Assembly (NCBI GenBank): GCA_964244845.1
Contig: CAXTKE010000014.1
Span: 86,048-150,047 of the forward strand
Direction of reading: 5' to 3'
DNA: 64,000 nucleotides
Origin: an uncultured Spirosoma sp.
GTDB taxonomy: Bacteria; Bacteroidota; Bacteroidia; Cytophagales; Spirosomataceae
Shown here: piece by piece, positions 9,032 through 19,684 of the stretch
Layout: each line of letters opens with the position of its first letter
Position numbering within the stretch: position 1 is the stretch's first letter
Made by a program: the position numbers and the translations under genes
Notes under the pieces: model-generated
What the model was told of the DNA's origin: nothing
The model's input: the letters and a program-made list of their open reading frames with translations, nothing else
The model's database searches: none

Positions 9032-12000
9032 ATGAGTAGAATTCTATTATTGAGTTTCCTGTTGGCAAGCTCATTCTGGTCCACGGCGTGGGCGCAGGAA
9101 AAAAGAATCATCGGCAAGGTTACCTCCGCCGAAGATAACTCGCCCCTCCCGGGTGTGTCGGTTGTATTGAAGGGGACAACAAAAGGAACGTCGACTGATG
9201 CGAATGGTATCTATGACATTTCGCTGCCATCGGGAAAAGGAGTCACGCTGATATTTAGTTTTGTAGGCGTTGCCACCCAGGAGATTAAAATTGGCAACGA
9301 ATCAGAATTGAACGTAAGCATGGTGTCGGATTCGCGCCTGCTTACCGAAGTCGTTGTGACGGGTAGCGGGGTGGAGACAAGCAAAGCCAAATTAGGGATT
9401 GCCGTCGAGAGTATCTCGTCTAAAAACCTGCCGCAAACGCCCAGTGCCTCCATTGACCAGGCATTAGTCGGCAAAATTCCGGGAGCGCAGATCTCGTCAG
9501 TTTCCGGTAACCCCGGCGACCCGGTCAACATCGTACTGCGGGGTATTAACTCGGTACAAAACGGTACCAAGCCTATGATTCTGGTTGATGGGTTACAAGT
9601 AGCGGCTACCGACATCAACTCGCTCGATTTGAGCAACGTCGACAGAATCGAGGTGGCCCAGGGTGCGGCTTCAGCCTCTATTTATGGCGCACAGGGTGCC
9701 AACGGGGTTATGCAGGTATTTACCCGGAAAGGTAAGAAAGGCAAAATGGCCGTTAACCTGTCGTCAAGTTTCGCGACCAATGAGTTCCTTAACGTGGGAA
9801 ATGTTCATAAGGCTGAACTGCACCCCTACCTGACCGATGCCAATAACAACATCGTTGATTCGAAAGGAAACATTCTGAGTGTTAATGACGTAGGGTCTCT
9901 CGTTGGGATTTCGTATCAGTATGGTGGTGCTACGCGCTATGCCATTCAGGACATTCGGAACGTAGCCGACAAAGCCTACAACGCCAACCTGAAATACTAC
10001 GATCAGTTTAAGCAGGTGTTTCAGACTGGCACCACCAGCAACAACACCATCAACCTGTCGGGCGCGTCGGATAAAAGCGACTTTAGTCTGGCTTTCGCCA
10101 ACAACCATACGGTCAGCCCGATTTTGAAAAACGGTTATGTAGACCGCAGCAACCTGACAATCAACGTCGGCACCGAACTGTTCAAAGGGTTCACCATTCG
10201 CTCCACTACGCAACTGATCTACACCAAGAACACGCTTAAGCCTGGTTTAGGTGGCCCCGGTGGCATCGGCTACGGACTGGGTAACGTGCGGGGTGTTACA
10301 ACCAGTGCCTATGGCGCTTCGCCTTATGGCTTCCTGAACACCTCTCCGTTTTTTGATCTGACTGCCAAACTGGCCGACGGTAATTACCCGCTGTTCCAGG
10401 GGGCAGACTTTTTGAGCGTAAACGCTGCCAATCCGTATTACCAGAACCAATACACGGACCAGTTGGACAACAAAATCGATCTGGTGCAGAGCCTGAACGC
10501 GAACTACAAAGTGAATAAGTTTGTGGAACTCGACGCCAAATACGGCCTGAACTACCGGAATGAAAACTCCCGCTGGACGTTCTACAACCAGACACAAAAT
10601 GCCAACGCTGATTTTTATCAGTCGAAATCGGCCAACTATGCCCCGGATCTTGGTGGTGAAATTGACGACTGGCGCTATAACACGACATTCCAGAACTTTC
10701 TGGCGACGGCTTTCATCCGCACCGATTTTCAGAACGATTTTCACATCAACCTGCCCATCCAAACCAGCACGCAGGTGTCGTTCGATTATCGCAAGCGCAA
10801 GTACACCGAATATGATACGTACGGTGTGGGTCTGAGCTTAGCTCCCCCAATCAACGTTGCATCGACCAGCAAGCAGGCGGTTGGGTTCGACTATGTGGAG
10901 CCGTTCATTACCTATGGTTACTTGGTTAATCAGCAGATTAACTTCGGCGATTACGGCGGGGTAACGGCCGGGTTCCGCAGCGATTATTCGTCGGCATTCG
11001 GCGGTGGTTCTACCCCCTTCACCTTTCCGCACTTCGACGGTCATATTGCGCCCCTTTCCTTCTTTAAAGGGAGTGGCCTGAACAATTACATACCGTATTT
11101 CAAACTGCGGGCGGCATACGGCGAGGCCGGTATTCAGCCGGGCGCGTTTGACCGCTACCCGGTGCTGGGCCAGCAAAACCTCGGTTCGGGTCTGGTATAC
11201 ACCATTCCCGGAACCAGCAACAATGCCAACCTGAAAGTAGAGGTATCGAAAGAACTTGAAGTCGGTACCGATTTCACCGTTAGTGCCGGTTCGGGCAGTA
11301 CGTGGTTCCGCGCTATTAACGGATCGTTTACCTACTGGAAGCGGAGCAGCGCGAACGTAATCTATACGGTTAGCGTACCGCCTTCGCAGGGGTCGAACGG
11401 GCAATTGACCAACGCCATCGATATGTCGTCGAACGGGGTACAGTTCGCACTGAATATTCCCGTTTACTCATCGAGAAACCTCAAATGGGATTTCACGACC
11501 AACTTTGGCCATCAGATTTCCAAAATCGACGCGGTGGCGGGCGGGAACGACATCATCCTGACCACGTCTGCCGGCAGCACGGCTCTGGTACTGACTCCGG
11601 GTCAGGTAATTGGACAGATATTCGGATATAAAGCCCTGACCAGCCTCGACTATACCCGGCAGGACGGTACGCGTTATATTAAGCCGGGCGATGAAAATCA
11701 GTATACCATCGTAGATGGTCGGGTGGTGAACAAGGCGAACTACCAGATGCAGTTTACCGACGAGAAGTACGCGCTGGCGAACCCAAACCCAAAGTTCAAT
11801 ATGTCGTTTATCAACGGCGTTACCTTCCGGGATTTCCTGACGCTGAGCTTCCAGTTCGACTGGACGTATGGCAGCCACCTTTATAACCAGACGAAAGAAT
11901 GGATGTACCGCGACGGCATTAGCGGAGACTTTGCCAAGCCGGTAACCATCGACGGCAAAACCGGTGCCTACACCGCCTACTGGTCCAGTGCCTATTATAA

Positions 12001-12307
12001 CCTGTGGGGCAGTACGCGCGGAGCCGGTAACAATGCCACCAAGGATTTCTTCATAGAAGATGCCTCATTTGTGCGGCTGCGGAATATATCGTTGTCCTTC
12101 GATCTGGCTAAATTAGTTAAACTGCCCTATTTCAACCGTTGCCAGTTGGTGCTCACGGGCCGGAACATTGCAACGTGGACCAAGTACACGGGTTTCGATC
12201 CTGAAATCAGTTCGGGTACGGCCAACTCGTCGTTCGACCGGGGTATCGACCACAGCACACTGCCGAATACAAAATCGTATCAGGTAGGGCTAAACTTCGG
12301 TTTTTAA
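9032..12307 (+). CDS. SusC/RagA TonB-linked outer membrane transporter 1
   Basis: 1091 aa; N-terminal CarboxypepD_reg-like domain, EVVVTG, plug motif ASASIYGAQGANGV, C-terminal TKYTGFDPE...YQVGLNFGF. Confidence 0.95.
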   Translation: MSRILLLSFLLASSFWSTAWAQEKRIIGKVTSAEDNSPLPGVSVVLKGTTKGTSTDANGIYDISLPSGKGVTLIFSFVGVATQEIKIGNESELNVSMVSDSRLLTEVVVTGSGVETSKAKLGIAVESISSKNLPQTPSASIDQALVGKIPGAQISSVSGNPGDPVNIVLRGINSVQNGTKPMILVDGLQVAATDINSLDLSNVDRIEVAQGAASASIYGAQGANGVMQVFTRKGKKGKMAVNLSSSFATNEFLNVGNVHKAELHPYLTDANNNIVDSKGNILSVNDVGSLVGISYQYGGATRYAIQDIRNVADKAYNANLKYYDQFKQVFQTGTTSNNTINLSGASDKSDFSLAFANNHTVSPILKNGYVDRSNLTINVGTELFKGFTIRSTTQLIYTKNTLKPGLGGPGGIGYGLGNVRGVTTSAYGASPYGFLNTSPFFDLTAKLADGNYPLFQGADFLSVNAANPYYQNQYTDQLDNKIDLVQSLNANYKVNKFVELDAKYGLNYRNENSRWTFYNQTQNANADFYQSKSANYAPDLGGEIDDWRYNTTFQNFLATAFIRTDFQNDFHINLPIQTSTQVSFDYRKRKYTEYDTYGVGLSLAPPINVASTSKQAVGFDYVEPFITYGYLVNQQINFGDYGGVTAGFRSDYSSAFGGGSTPFTFPHFDGHIAPLSFFKGSGLNNYIPYFKLRAAYGEAGIQPGAFDRYPVLGQQNLGSGLVYTIPGTSNNANLKVEVSKELEVGTDFTVSAGSGSTWFRAINGSFTYWKRSSANVIYTVSVPPSQGSNGQLTNAIDMSSNGVQFALNIPVYSSRNLKWDFTTNFGHQISKIDAVAGGNDIILTTSAGSTALVLTPGQVIGQIFGYKALTSLDYTRQDGTRYIKPGDENQYTIVDGRVVNKANYQMQFTDEKYALANPNPKFNMSFINGVTFRDFLTLSFQFDWTYGSHLYNQTKEWMYRDGISGDFAKPVTIDGKTGAYTAYWSSAYYNLWGSTRGAGNNATKDFFIEDASFVRLRNISLSFDLAKLVKLPYFNRCQLVLTGRNIATWTKYTGFDPEISSGTANSSFDRGIDHSTLPNTKSYQVGLNFGF

Positions 12308-12329
12308 TTCTTAAATCAATCGTCTGATT

Positions 12330-14015
12330 ATGAAACTTCTGACCAATAATAAATTTTTCACGGCAGCCTGCTTTACAGCTATGATGCTGGGGGGCGTTTC
12401 CTGCAAGGACCAATTAGACGTAGGCAACCCCAACTCGCCTACGCTGGCAGCCAATGTCAATACCGAATCCGGCCTTATCTCATTGGCACAGGGAGCGGTT
12501 TACGTCAACGGCTTCCAGAACGGCAACGGCTGGCTCGGCGACAGTTACTTCTCGCTGCCTTTCGGCTACCTCGAAGTAATGGCCGACCATGTGGGTGCCG
12601 ATGCCTCCAACAACCAGATCAGCACAATGGGTGTGCCAGACTACTTTATCCTGGACGACGGCACCAAACAGACCAATACGGCTCCGCAAATCGGTATTAT
12701 CCGGTCGTATAATAACCGGGCTTCGTCGGGTGCGGGCAACAACGCGCTGGTTTACCAATGGCAGAGTATGTATGCCATGAACAATGCCTGCAATGCGGTG
12801 CTGGAACTGGTTGACGGGATCAAATTTGCGACGGGCGATGCCGCATCGAAGAAAAATACGATCAAAGCCTGGTGCTACTTCTGGAAGGGCTATGCCTATG
12901 CTTCCATCGGTTCGCTGTATTATGCAGGACTGATCGTTGACAAGTCGGCTTCGACCAACGCCAATTATGTACTGCATGATGCCATCATTACGGAGTCGAA
13001 CAAAAACTTCAATCTGGCGGCTACTACGCTGGGCAGTATTACAGCGGCAGCGGATTATCAGACGGTATTGACTGCCCTTATTCCGGCGTTCAATCAGGTC
13101 GGGCTGGGTATGGTGCCAACCACCGATATGTGGAAACGGAACATCAACACCATGCTGGCCCGCAACATTGTGGCCAACAAACTATCGCCGTTTGTGAAAG
13201 GCAACCCCAGTGCGGTTATTGCCAAGTCGTCAACTTCAGTAATGACAGCCGCCGACTGGAGCAGCGTACTTACGCTGGCCAACAACGGCGTTAAAAAAGG
13301 TGATTACGTATTCACCGGCCGGACAACGGATACCAACCCGTTTTTTAGTGCCACGGGTGGTACCGTAGCCGCCCTGACGTCGGGAACGAACAGTTCGACT
13401 ACATTTAAAATTACCGAGCGGTTTGTTCAGAACTATAATCCTGGTGATCAACGGTTTGCGAATAACTTCAACACGAAAAATTCCTACAAAAACAATTACA
13501 ACTACACAACCCGGTACAACGTCATCAATGGCGGTGCGAGTATGACCGGGGTTGCGGTGTTGGGAACGAAAGTGGTGGGTGCCTACGAACTCTACATTGC
13601 GGGCAGCTATGAAGAAAACGCACTCATGCTGGCCGAAGCCAGCATACGGACGGGTGCTATCGAAGCGGGTTTAGGATTCATCGATGCCGTACGGACGTAT
13701 CAGGGGGCGGGTGTTCCGGCTGTGGCTGGAACCGGATTGACGCTGCCACTTGCGCTTACTGAGTTGACCAAAGAGCGGCAGGTGGCCCTCTTCAACCGGG
13801 GGGTAGCCTATTATGACGTTCGGCGGTGGGGCTGGACGTACGACATCGCCAACGGGGGCGGTAGCTACGGTAATACCCTCGTTACGTTCGCTGGTGTAGT
13901 GAATAAAAACGTTACCATCAACTACAACTTCCTGGATTACTGGGATGTACCGGCCGATGAATCGGTCTTAAATCCATCGGCCGGAGGTGTAGCGACGAAA
14001 AACCCCAATTTTTAA
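12330..14015 (+). CDS. SusD/RagB lipoprotein 1
   Basis: Lipobox GGVSC; ENALMLAEA and KERQVALFNRG..YDVRRW (variant of ERxxELxxEG); follows SusC. Confidence 0.85.
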   Translation: MKLLTNNKFFTAACFTAMMLGGVSCKDQLDVGNPNSPTLAANVNTESGLISLAQGAVYVNGFQNGNGWLGDSYFSLPFGYLEVMADHVGADASNNQISTMGVPDYFILDDGTKQTNTAPQIGIIRSYNNRASSGAGNNALVYQWQSMYAMNNACNAVLELVDGIKFATGDAASKKNTIKAWCYFWKGYAYASIGSLYYAGLIVDKSASTNANYVLHDAIITESNKNFNLAATTLGSITAAADYQTVLTALIPAFNQVGLGMVPTTDMWKRNINTMLARNIVANKLSPFVKGNPSAVIAKSSTSVMTAADWSSVLTLANNGVKKGDYVFTGRTTDTNPFFSATGGTVAALTSGTNSSTTFKITERFVQNYNPGDQRFANNFNTKNSYKNNYNYTTRYNVINGGASMTGVAVLGTKVVGAYELYIAGSYEENALMLAEASIRTGAIEAGLGFIDAVRTYQGAGVPAVAGTGLTLPLALTELTKERQVALFNRGVAYYDVRRWGWTYDIANGGGSYGNTLVTFAGVVNKNVTINYNFLDYWDVPADESVLNPSAGGVATKNPNF

Positions 14016-14033
14016 TTTGTCGCTGGTTTAGTG

Positions 14034-14077
14034 AAATGCGGAACGGACTGTGTAGGTGTCCGTTCCGCATTTTTTTT
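14034..14077 (+). terminator. Intrinsic terminator
   Basis: aaatgcggaacggac...gtccgttccgcatttttttt. Confidence 0.8.
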
Positions 14078-14373
14078 GACTATAGGTGAGCCGCCGGTTT
14101 GCAAGGCTATGTCTGATACAAAAGGGGTAGAAACCCCGTAATGCGCCAATGAAAACCCAACGAGGGTATTTGGTTGCTTAATGCAAAAAGCCCCTATCTT
14201 ACTAAACAGGGGCTTTTTTTGTCTATATTTTATAAGATAAATCTACATAGACAGACAAGTGGTCTTTAAGGATTGTTCAAAATGACCAATTTTTTGGATA
14301 TTTTGTTGTCACTTTTTCTTAACCAAATATTAAGGGTTAATTTAGCAAATTCACAGACGTAAAATACTTACTT

Positions 14374-17300
14374 ATGAGACGTTTTCTACTGTTTATAGCT
14401 GTGCTTTTGTGCGCTATGACAACAAATTCAGTGTTGGCACAGGAGCGACGGGTGACCGGAAAAGTCACCTCCGCCGAAGATGGAACTCCATTGCCGGGCG
14501 TATCCATTCTTGCTAAAGGGACAACCAAAGGCACGCAGACCGATGCCACAGGAGCCTATTTCTTAGACTTACCCGCCAACACCGGTACACTGGTATTTAG
14601 CTTCGTAGGTGTAACAACCCAGGAGGTGAGCGTCGGTAACCGCTCGGTGGTTAACGTGAGCCTGAGCAATGATACCCGTTCGCTCGATGAAGTGATCGTG
14701 ACGGGCTACGGTGCCCAATCGAAGCGCAACCTGACCGGCAACATCGCCAAGGTAGGCTCGCGCGATATTGAAAACATTCCGGTGCCCAGCGTAGAGCAGG
14801 CCCTTCAGGGTAAGGTGGCCGGTGTGCAGATCACGGCATTAAATGGTAAAGTAGGGCAGGGATTGCAGATTCGGGTGCGGGGTTCGTCGTCGCTGACGGC
14901 CAGCAGCCAGCCGCTCTACGTAATCGACGGTATTCCGATGACCTCAGCCGACCAGTCGTCGACAACAGCCCCAACCAACCCCATCGCCGATTTGAACCCC
15001 AACGATATCGAGTCGATGGAAATTCTGAAAGATGCCTCATCGGCAGCGATTTACGGCTCGCGGGCATCGAACGGCGTTGTGCTGATTACCACCAAAAAAG
15101 GGCGGGCCGCTAAAACGACGTTCGACGTGTCGGCTCAGGTCGGCGCGAGTACACCCACGCACCTGCGTACATGGCTCAACACCCAGCAGTACGTTGAACT
15201 GTTTCAGGAAGCACGGGAAAACTCGGCCGCGTTGGGCATTCCGGTCTATTCCGCTACGTCGCTGACGAACCGCTTTACGCGTTATGCCGCTGGTGATGCG
15301 GCTGGCTGGCAGGGTGCAAACCCTAAATACAATACGGACTGGCAGCAGGAAGCGTTTCAGAAAGCACCCTCGCAGCAGTACGACGTAAGCGCACGCGGTG
15401 GCGATGCCAAAACAACCTTCTTTATTTCAGGTCAATACTTCGACCAGAGCGGTATTATCATCAAAAACCGCTTTCGCCGGTTGAGTGGTCGGATCAACCT
15501 GACCCACAAAGCAACGGACAAGCTGACGCTGGGCGTGAACATGAACATATCGCACTCGATCAACGACCGCGTGTCAAATGATAACGCCTTCTCGACACCG
15601 ATGCAGATTGTGGCCCTGCCACCCATGACGCCGGTCATTGACCCGCGCACGAATCAACTCAGTGGCGACTACACCCTGTATTACAACCCGTTGCTCAACC
15701 GCGATTTTGCTGCGTTGCAGGCGCGTGTGTACCGCGTGATCGGTAATGTTTATGCCGATTATAAACTGATGCCGGGCCTGGCGTTCCGCACCGAATTTGG
15801 CACTGACCTATTGAGCCAGCAGGAAGAAGAATACTATGGTCAGGAAACACAACGGAATACAGGTGCTCCCAACGGCTTAGGTGCCAATAGTTTCCGGCAG
15901 GTAGCCAATTATACAACGAACAACTATTTTTCGTTTGGGCAGACCTTTGCCGAAAAACACGACGTCGATGCAACGCTGGGTATGTCGTATCAGGAGTCAC
16001 GCAATAATTTCAACTCCGTAACCGGTCAGCAGTTTCCGAGTAGTGCCTACAAACAAATCACATCGGCCGCTAAAATTACCGCAGGTGATGGCCAGGATAC
16101 ACGCTTCAGCTTTCTGTCTTATTTTGCCCGTGTAAACTACCGTTTCAATAATCGTTATTTGTTGGGTGTGTCGGGCCGGGTTGATGGTTCGTCCCGCTTC
16201 GGTGCGAATAATAAATACGGGTTCTTCCCGGCGGTATCGGCAGGCTGGATTCTGACCGAAGAGTCGTTCCTAAAGAACATCCGCTCGCTGAGTCTGCTGA
16301 AAGTACGGGCCAGCTATGGTCTGACGGGGAATGCTGAAATTGGTAATTTCAGTTCGCTGGCTTTGTATGCGGCAACCAACAATGCGGGTACATCGGCGGG
16401 TTATGCGGGCGTGCCGGGACAAGCTCCTGCGCAGATTCCGAACCCGGACCTGACCTGGGAAAAAACGCTTCAAACCGATGTTGGACTGGAGTTTGGTTTC
16501 TTAGACAACCGCTTTTCGGGCGAAATCGACTATTACCAGAAAAACACGAGCGGCTTGCTGCTGAATGTTAACGTGCCGGGTTCGTCGGGTTTCCGTACGC
16601 AATTGCGTAACGTGGGTAAATTGCAGAACAAAGGTGTTGAATTTGTTTTCAACTCGAAAAACATAACGGGGGCCTTCAACTGGAGTACATCGCTGAACAT
16701 CGCTTATAATAAAAACGTCGTGACCGATTTGGGGGGAACCACCATTACGGGGAGTTTTCTGAACCGGGCGCAGGAAGGCCAGCCGCTGGGCGTGTTTTTT
16801 GGCCCTGAATACGCAGGCGTCGATGTACAAAACGGCGATGCGCTGTTTTATAAAAACACCAAAAATGCGGATGGCAGCCTCGACCGCACCACAACGAATG
16901 ACTACAACAGTGCTCAGTATACGGCATTGGGTAGCCCTTCGCCCAAATTTCTGGGTGGTATCACGAATACGTTTGGGTATAAGGGCATCGACCTGAGTGT
17001 GCTTTTCAGCGGTCAGGCTGGTAACTACATCTACAATGGTGGGGGTAAATTCCAGTCGGCTAATGGCGATTTCTTCGATAATCAGTCTGTCGATCAATTG
17101 GACCGCTGGAAAAAACCGGGTGATGTAACAAAGGTGCCACAAGCCCGTTTGCTGGGTGGAAACGGAACGGGCGAATCGTCACGCTATCTGCAAAAAGGCG
17201 ATTACCTGCGTATGCGGACCGTAACGCTGGGCTACACCCTGCCGAAAGAGCTGATGAACCGGATTCACCTGAACCGGGTCAGAATTTACGCAACCGGCCA

Positions 17301-17448
17301 GAACCTGCTCACGTTTACAAACTATACGGGCTGGGACCCGGAGGTAAACTCAGATGCCTACGCGGGTAACCCGGTTAACCTCGGTGTTGATTTCTACTCG
17401 GCTCCGCAGCCGCGCACCATCATCGGTGGGATACAAATTGGTTTCTAA
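14374..17448 (+). CDS. SusC/RagA TonB-linked outer membrane transporter 2
   Basis: 1024 aa; EILKDASSAAIYGSRASNGVVLITTKKG plug motif, DGSSRFG, YTGWDPEV, C-terminal Phe. Confidence 0.96.
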   Translation: MRRFLLFIAVLLCAMTTNSVLAQERRVTGKVTSAEDGTPLPGVSILAKGTTKGTQTDATGAYFLDLPANTGTLVFSFVGVTTQEVSVGNRSVVNVSLSNDTRSLDEVIVTGYGAQSKRNLTGNIAKVGSRDIENIPVPSVEQALQGKVAGVQITALNGKVGQGLQIRVRGSSSLTASSQPLYVIDGIPMTSADQSSTTAPTNPIADLNPNDIESMEILKDASSAAIYGSRASNGVVLITTKKGRAAKTTFDVSAQVGASTPTHLRTWLNTQQYVELFQEARENSAALGIPVYSATSLTNRFTRYAAGDAAGWQGANPKYNTDWQQEAFQKAPSQQYDVSARGGDAKTTFFISGQYFDQSGIIIKNRFRRLSGRINLTHKATDKLTLGVNMNISHSINDRVSNDNAFSTPMQIVALPPMTPVIDPRTNQLSGDYTLYYNPLLNRDFAALQARVYRVIGNVYADYKLMPGLAFRTEFGTDLLSQQEEEYYGQETQRNTGAPNGLGANSFRQVANYTTNNYFSFGQTFAEKHDVDATLGMSYQESRNNFNSVTGQQFPSSAYKQITSAAKITAGDGQDTRFSFLSYFARVNYRFNNRYLLGVSGRVDGSSRFGANNKYGFFPAVSAGWILTEESFLKNIRSLSLLKVRASYGLTGNAEIGNFSSLALYAATNNAGTSAGYAGVPGQAPAQIPNPDLTWEKTLQTDVGLEFGFLDNRFSGEIDYYQKNTSGLLLNVNVPGSSGFRTQLRNVGKLQNKGVEFVFNSKNITGAFNWSTSLNIAYNKNVVTDLGGTTITGSFLNRAQEGQPLGVFFGPEYAGVDVQNGDALFYKNTKNADGSLDRTTTNDYNSAQYTALGSPSPKFLGGITNTFGYKGIDLSVLFSGQAGNYIYNGGGKFQSANGDFFDNQSVDQLDRWKKPGDVTKVPQARLLGGNGTGESSRYLQKGDYLRMRTVTLGYTLPKELMNRIHLNRVRIYATGQNLLTFTNYTGWDPEVNSDAYAGNPVNLGVDFYSAPQPRTIIGGIQIGF

Positions 17449-17468
17449 TCGACGAAAAAGACCTAATT

Positions 17469-18842
17469 ATGAAAACAACTAAATCAATCATACTGGCGTC
17501 GGCGATGTCGGTTGGCCTGTGGCTGACCTCATGCAACAGCCAATTGGATATTAAGCCGCTTAACTCGGTCGCTACCAGTCAGGCATTGGGCACAGCCGCC
17601 GATTTGAACGCCCTGTTAGTGGGCGCCTACGATGGCCTGAGTGGTGTTAACCTCTATGGGGGCAGTCTGATTCGAGATGGCGAACTGTTTGGTACGGTAG
17701 CCTCAACCGGCGATGTACTCTGGACAGGAACGTTTGCAGCCCCCCAGCAGATTTATACCAAAAATATTCTGGTCAATAACGATCAGGCCGATGTTACCTG
17801 GACGAACGCTTACCGCACCATCAACATCTGCAACACAGTACTGGCAAATCTGAAACTGGCGGTCACCGCCGATCAGGCCCGGATTGAAGGCGAAGCGAAG
17901 TTCATTCGGGGGTCACTGTATTTTGAACTGGTTCGGTTTTATGCCAAAACCTGGGGCGATGGCGACCCAAATGCCAACCTCGGTGTGCCCATCGTAACAA
18001 CGCCAACGGCCAACCTCGATGCCAGTTCAAACGTGCCGCGCAGTACGGTAGCGGCTGTGTATACGCAGGTGCTTACAGACCTGACCGATGCCGAAGCGAA
18101 ACTGCCCGCGTCGAATAGTTTCTTCGCCACAAAAGGAGCCGCCGGTGCGCAACTGTCGCGGGTGTATCTGCAAAAAGCCGATTACCCAAATGCCGCCAAT
18201 GCTGCCAACCGGGTAATCACCGGCAAAGCGTATCAGTTGGCCACTATCGAAAACGTATTTGACCTGCGTGAGTTTCAGAACGGAGCAAACACACCTGAAA
18301 CGATTTTCGCGGTTCAAATCACCGATCAGGATGGTATCAATGACCTGAATACCTTCTACGGCTCGACCGACGAAGGTGGCCGGGGTGATATTGAGGTTAC
18401 AGAAGCGTTTATTAGCCAGTTTGCCGCCGATGATGTTCGGGCGCAGTTGTTTTATGAAGATGGTGTTGGAGCCATTCGTACACTCAAATTCGTGAACCAG
18501 TACGGTAACATTCAGGTGTTGCGCTTAGCCGAAATGTACCTCACCCGCGCCGAAGCCAATTTCCGGGCCGGTACGTCGGTAGGCGATACGCCCTTAAACG
18601 ACATCAATTTGATTCGTGCTCGCGCCGGTACAACGGCTTTAACAGCGGCTCAACTGACGCTGGCGAATATCCTTAAAGAGCGTCGGCTGGAACTGGCTTT
18701 TGAAGGAACGTTTATTCACGACATCAAGCGCACAAAAGGGACCGTTGGCGCATTGCCTTACAACAGCCCTAAACTGATTTACCCCATTCCCTTGCGAGAG
18801 ATAACCACCAACCCCGCGCTGGTACAAAACGCAGGATACTAA
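17469..18842 (+). CDS. SusD/RagB lipoprotein 2
   Basis: Lipobox LTSC; GEAKFIRGSLYFELVRFY, LRLAEMYLTRAEA, ERRLELAFEG, YPIP. Confidence 0.94.
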   Translation: MKTTKSIILASAMSVGLWLTSCNSQLDIKPLNSVATSQALGTAADLNALLVGAYDGLSGVNLYGGSLIRDGELFGTVASTGDVLWTGTFAAPQQIYTKNILVNNDQADVTWTNAYRTINICNTVLANLKLAVTADQARIEGEAKFIRGSLYFELVRFYAKTWGDGDPNANLGVPIVTTPTANLDASSNVPRSTVAAVYTQVLTDLTDAEAKLPASNSFFATKGAAGAQLSRVYLQKADYPNAANAANRVITGKAYQLATIENVFDLREFQNGANTPETIFAVQITDQDGINDLNTFYGSTDEGGRGDIEVTEAFISQFAADDVRAQLFYEDGVGAIRTLKFVNQYGNIQVLRLAEMYLTRAEANFRAGTSVGDTPLNDINLIRARAGTTALTAAQLTLANILKERRLELAFEGTFIHDIKRTKGTVGALPYNSPKLIYPIPLREITTNPALVQNAGY

Positions 18843-18847
18843 ATGTT

Positions 18848-18879
18848 AATAGCCCGGACGCAAACGTTCGGGCTATTTT
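18848..18879 (+). terminator. Intrinsic terminator
   Basis: aatagcccg...cgggctatttt. Confidence 0.7.
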
Positions 18880-18920
18880 ATGCAACACCGGGTTGATTGA
18901 GCTGTATGAATTAACCGATG

Positions 18921-19073
18921 AATTGACATATCAGCCCACCGCTTTAGCTGTGGGTTTACAGAAAAGAACCGCGTCCAATCAACCGTTTCAGCCCTGGTAA
19001 ACCGTTGAAACGGTTATGGGTATATAAGGTTGATTATTTGCGACCCACAGCTAAAGCAGTGGGCTAATCAATT
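18921..19073. repeat. REP/REPIN-like element with terminal hairpins (IS200/IS605- or RAYT-type palindromes)
   Basis: agcccaccgctttagctgtggg (18933-18954) ... aaccgtttca...ccgttgaaacggtt ... cccacagctaaagcagtgggct (19044-19065). Confidence 0.75.
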
Positions 19074-19527
19074 TATTTCGCTCTCTTCTTATTTCCAATA
19101 AGAAATTTTCAGTCGCTACAGTCATACTGCCGATATAAACGCTGAATTGTTCATCTCTAAAATTAAGCTTCTTCAAAAAAGAAGGGGACATGCCACCCGT
19201 TGCAGGTTTCCAGGCTCTACGAATAATGAGTTGATTACCTCTCCTTTGTACTTTTAAGGCTGCAATGGATTGATCTGAAATATCAAATGGTAGAAAAGTT
19301 ACATCGTTATCCTGAAGATTCTCTACGGCCTGTTCCCAGTCTTCTAATAAATTTCTTAATATAATTTTCACTTTTTCTTCACTAAACTCGTTTGGCAATA
19401 TACCATTGTCGTCAGCGAAGTAGTAGGTATCGCCGTAGCTGTTAATACCCAGTTCAGGTATGGAAATATGCAGGTCATCGTGAAATAAACAACCTTCATC
19501 GCGTCCAAATATAAATGTAATTGTCAT
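19051..19527 (-). CDS. Hypothetical cytoplasmic protein, AT-rich (orphan immunity-like)
   Basis: 158-aa ORF with an acidic N-half and markedly lower GC than its neighbours; no family recognised. Confidence 0.6.
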   Translation of the reverse strand: MTITFIFGRDEGCLFHDDLHISIPELGINSYGDTYYFADDNGILPNEFSEEKVKIILRNLLEDWEQAVENLQDNDVTFLPFDISDQSIAALKVQRRGNQLIIRRAWKPATGGMSPSFLKKLNFRDEQFSVYIGSMTVATENFLLEIRRERNKLISPLL

Positions 19528-19684
19528 AATAGATTATCTACTGTCCCAGATTGATTAATCCGGGACAGTAAAATTAATTATCGCTTTGGATAAGCAGTGA
19601 CTAAAATGGCTTCGTTGTTGGGTTTTGTAATTATATGCAACTTCTGGAGAGATTGTTTAGAACCAATAGTGTCCCCTTCCCAAC

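Noticed and set aside
453-18842. A single polysaccharide utilisation locus linking GH78 and xylB to the SusCD pairs
   Set aside because: They are separated by about 6 kb of unrelated, partly opposite-strand genes and a terminator.
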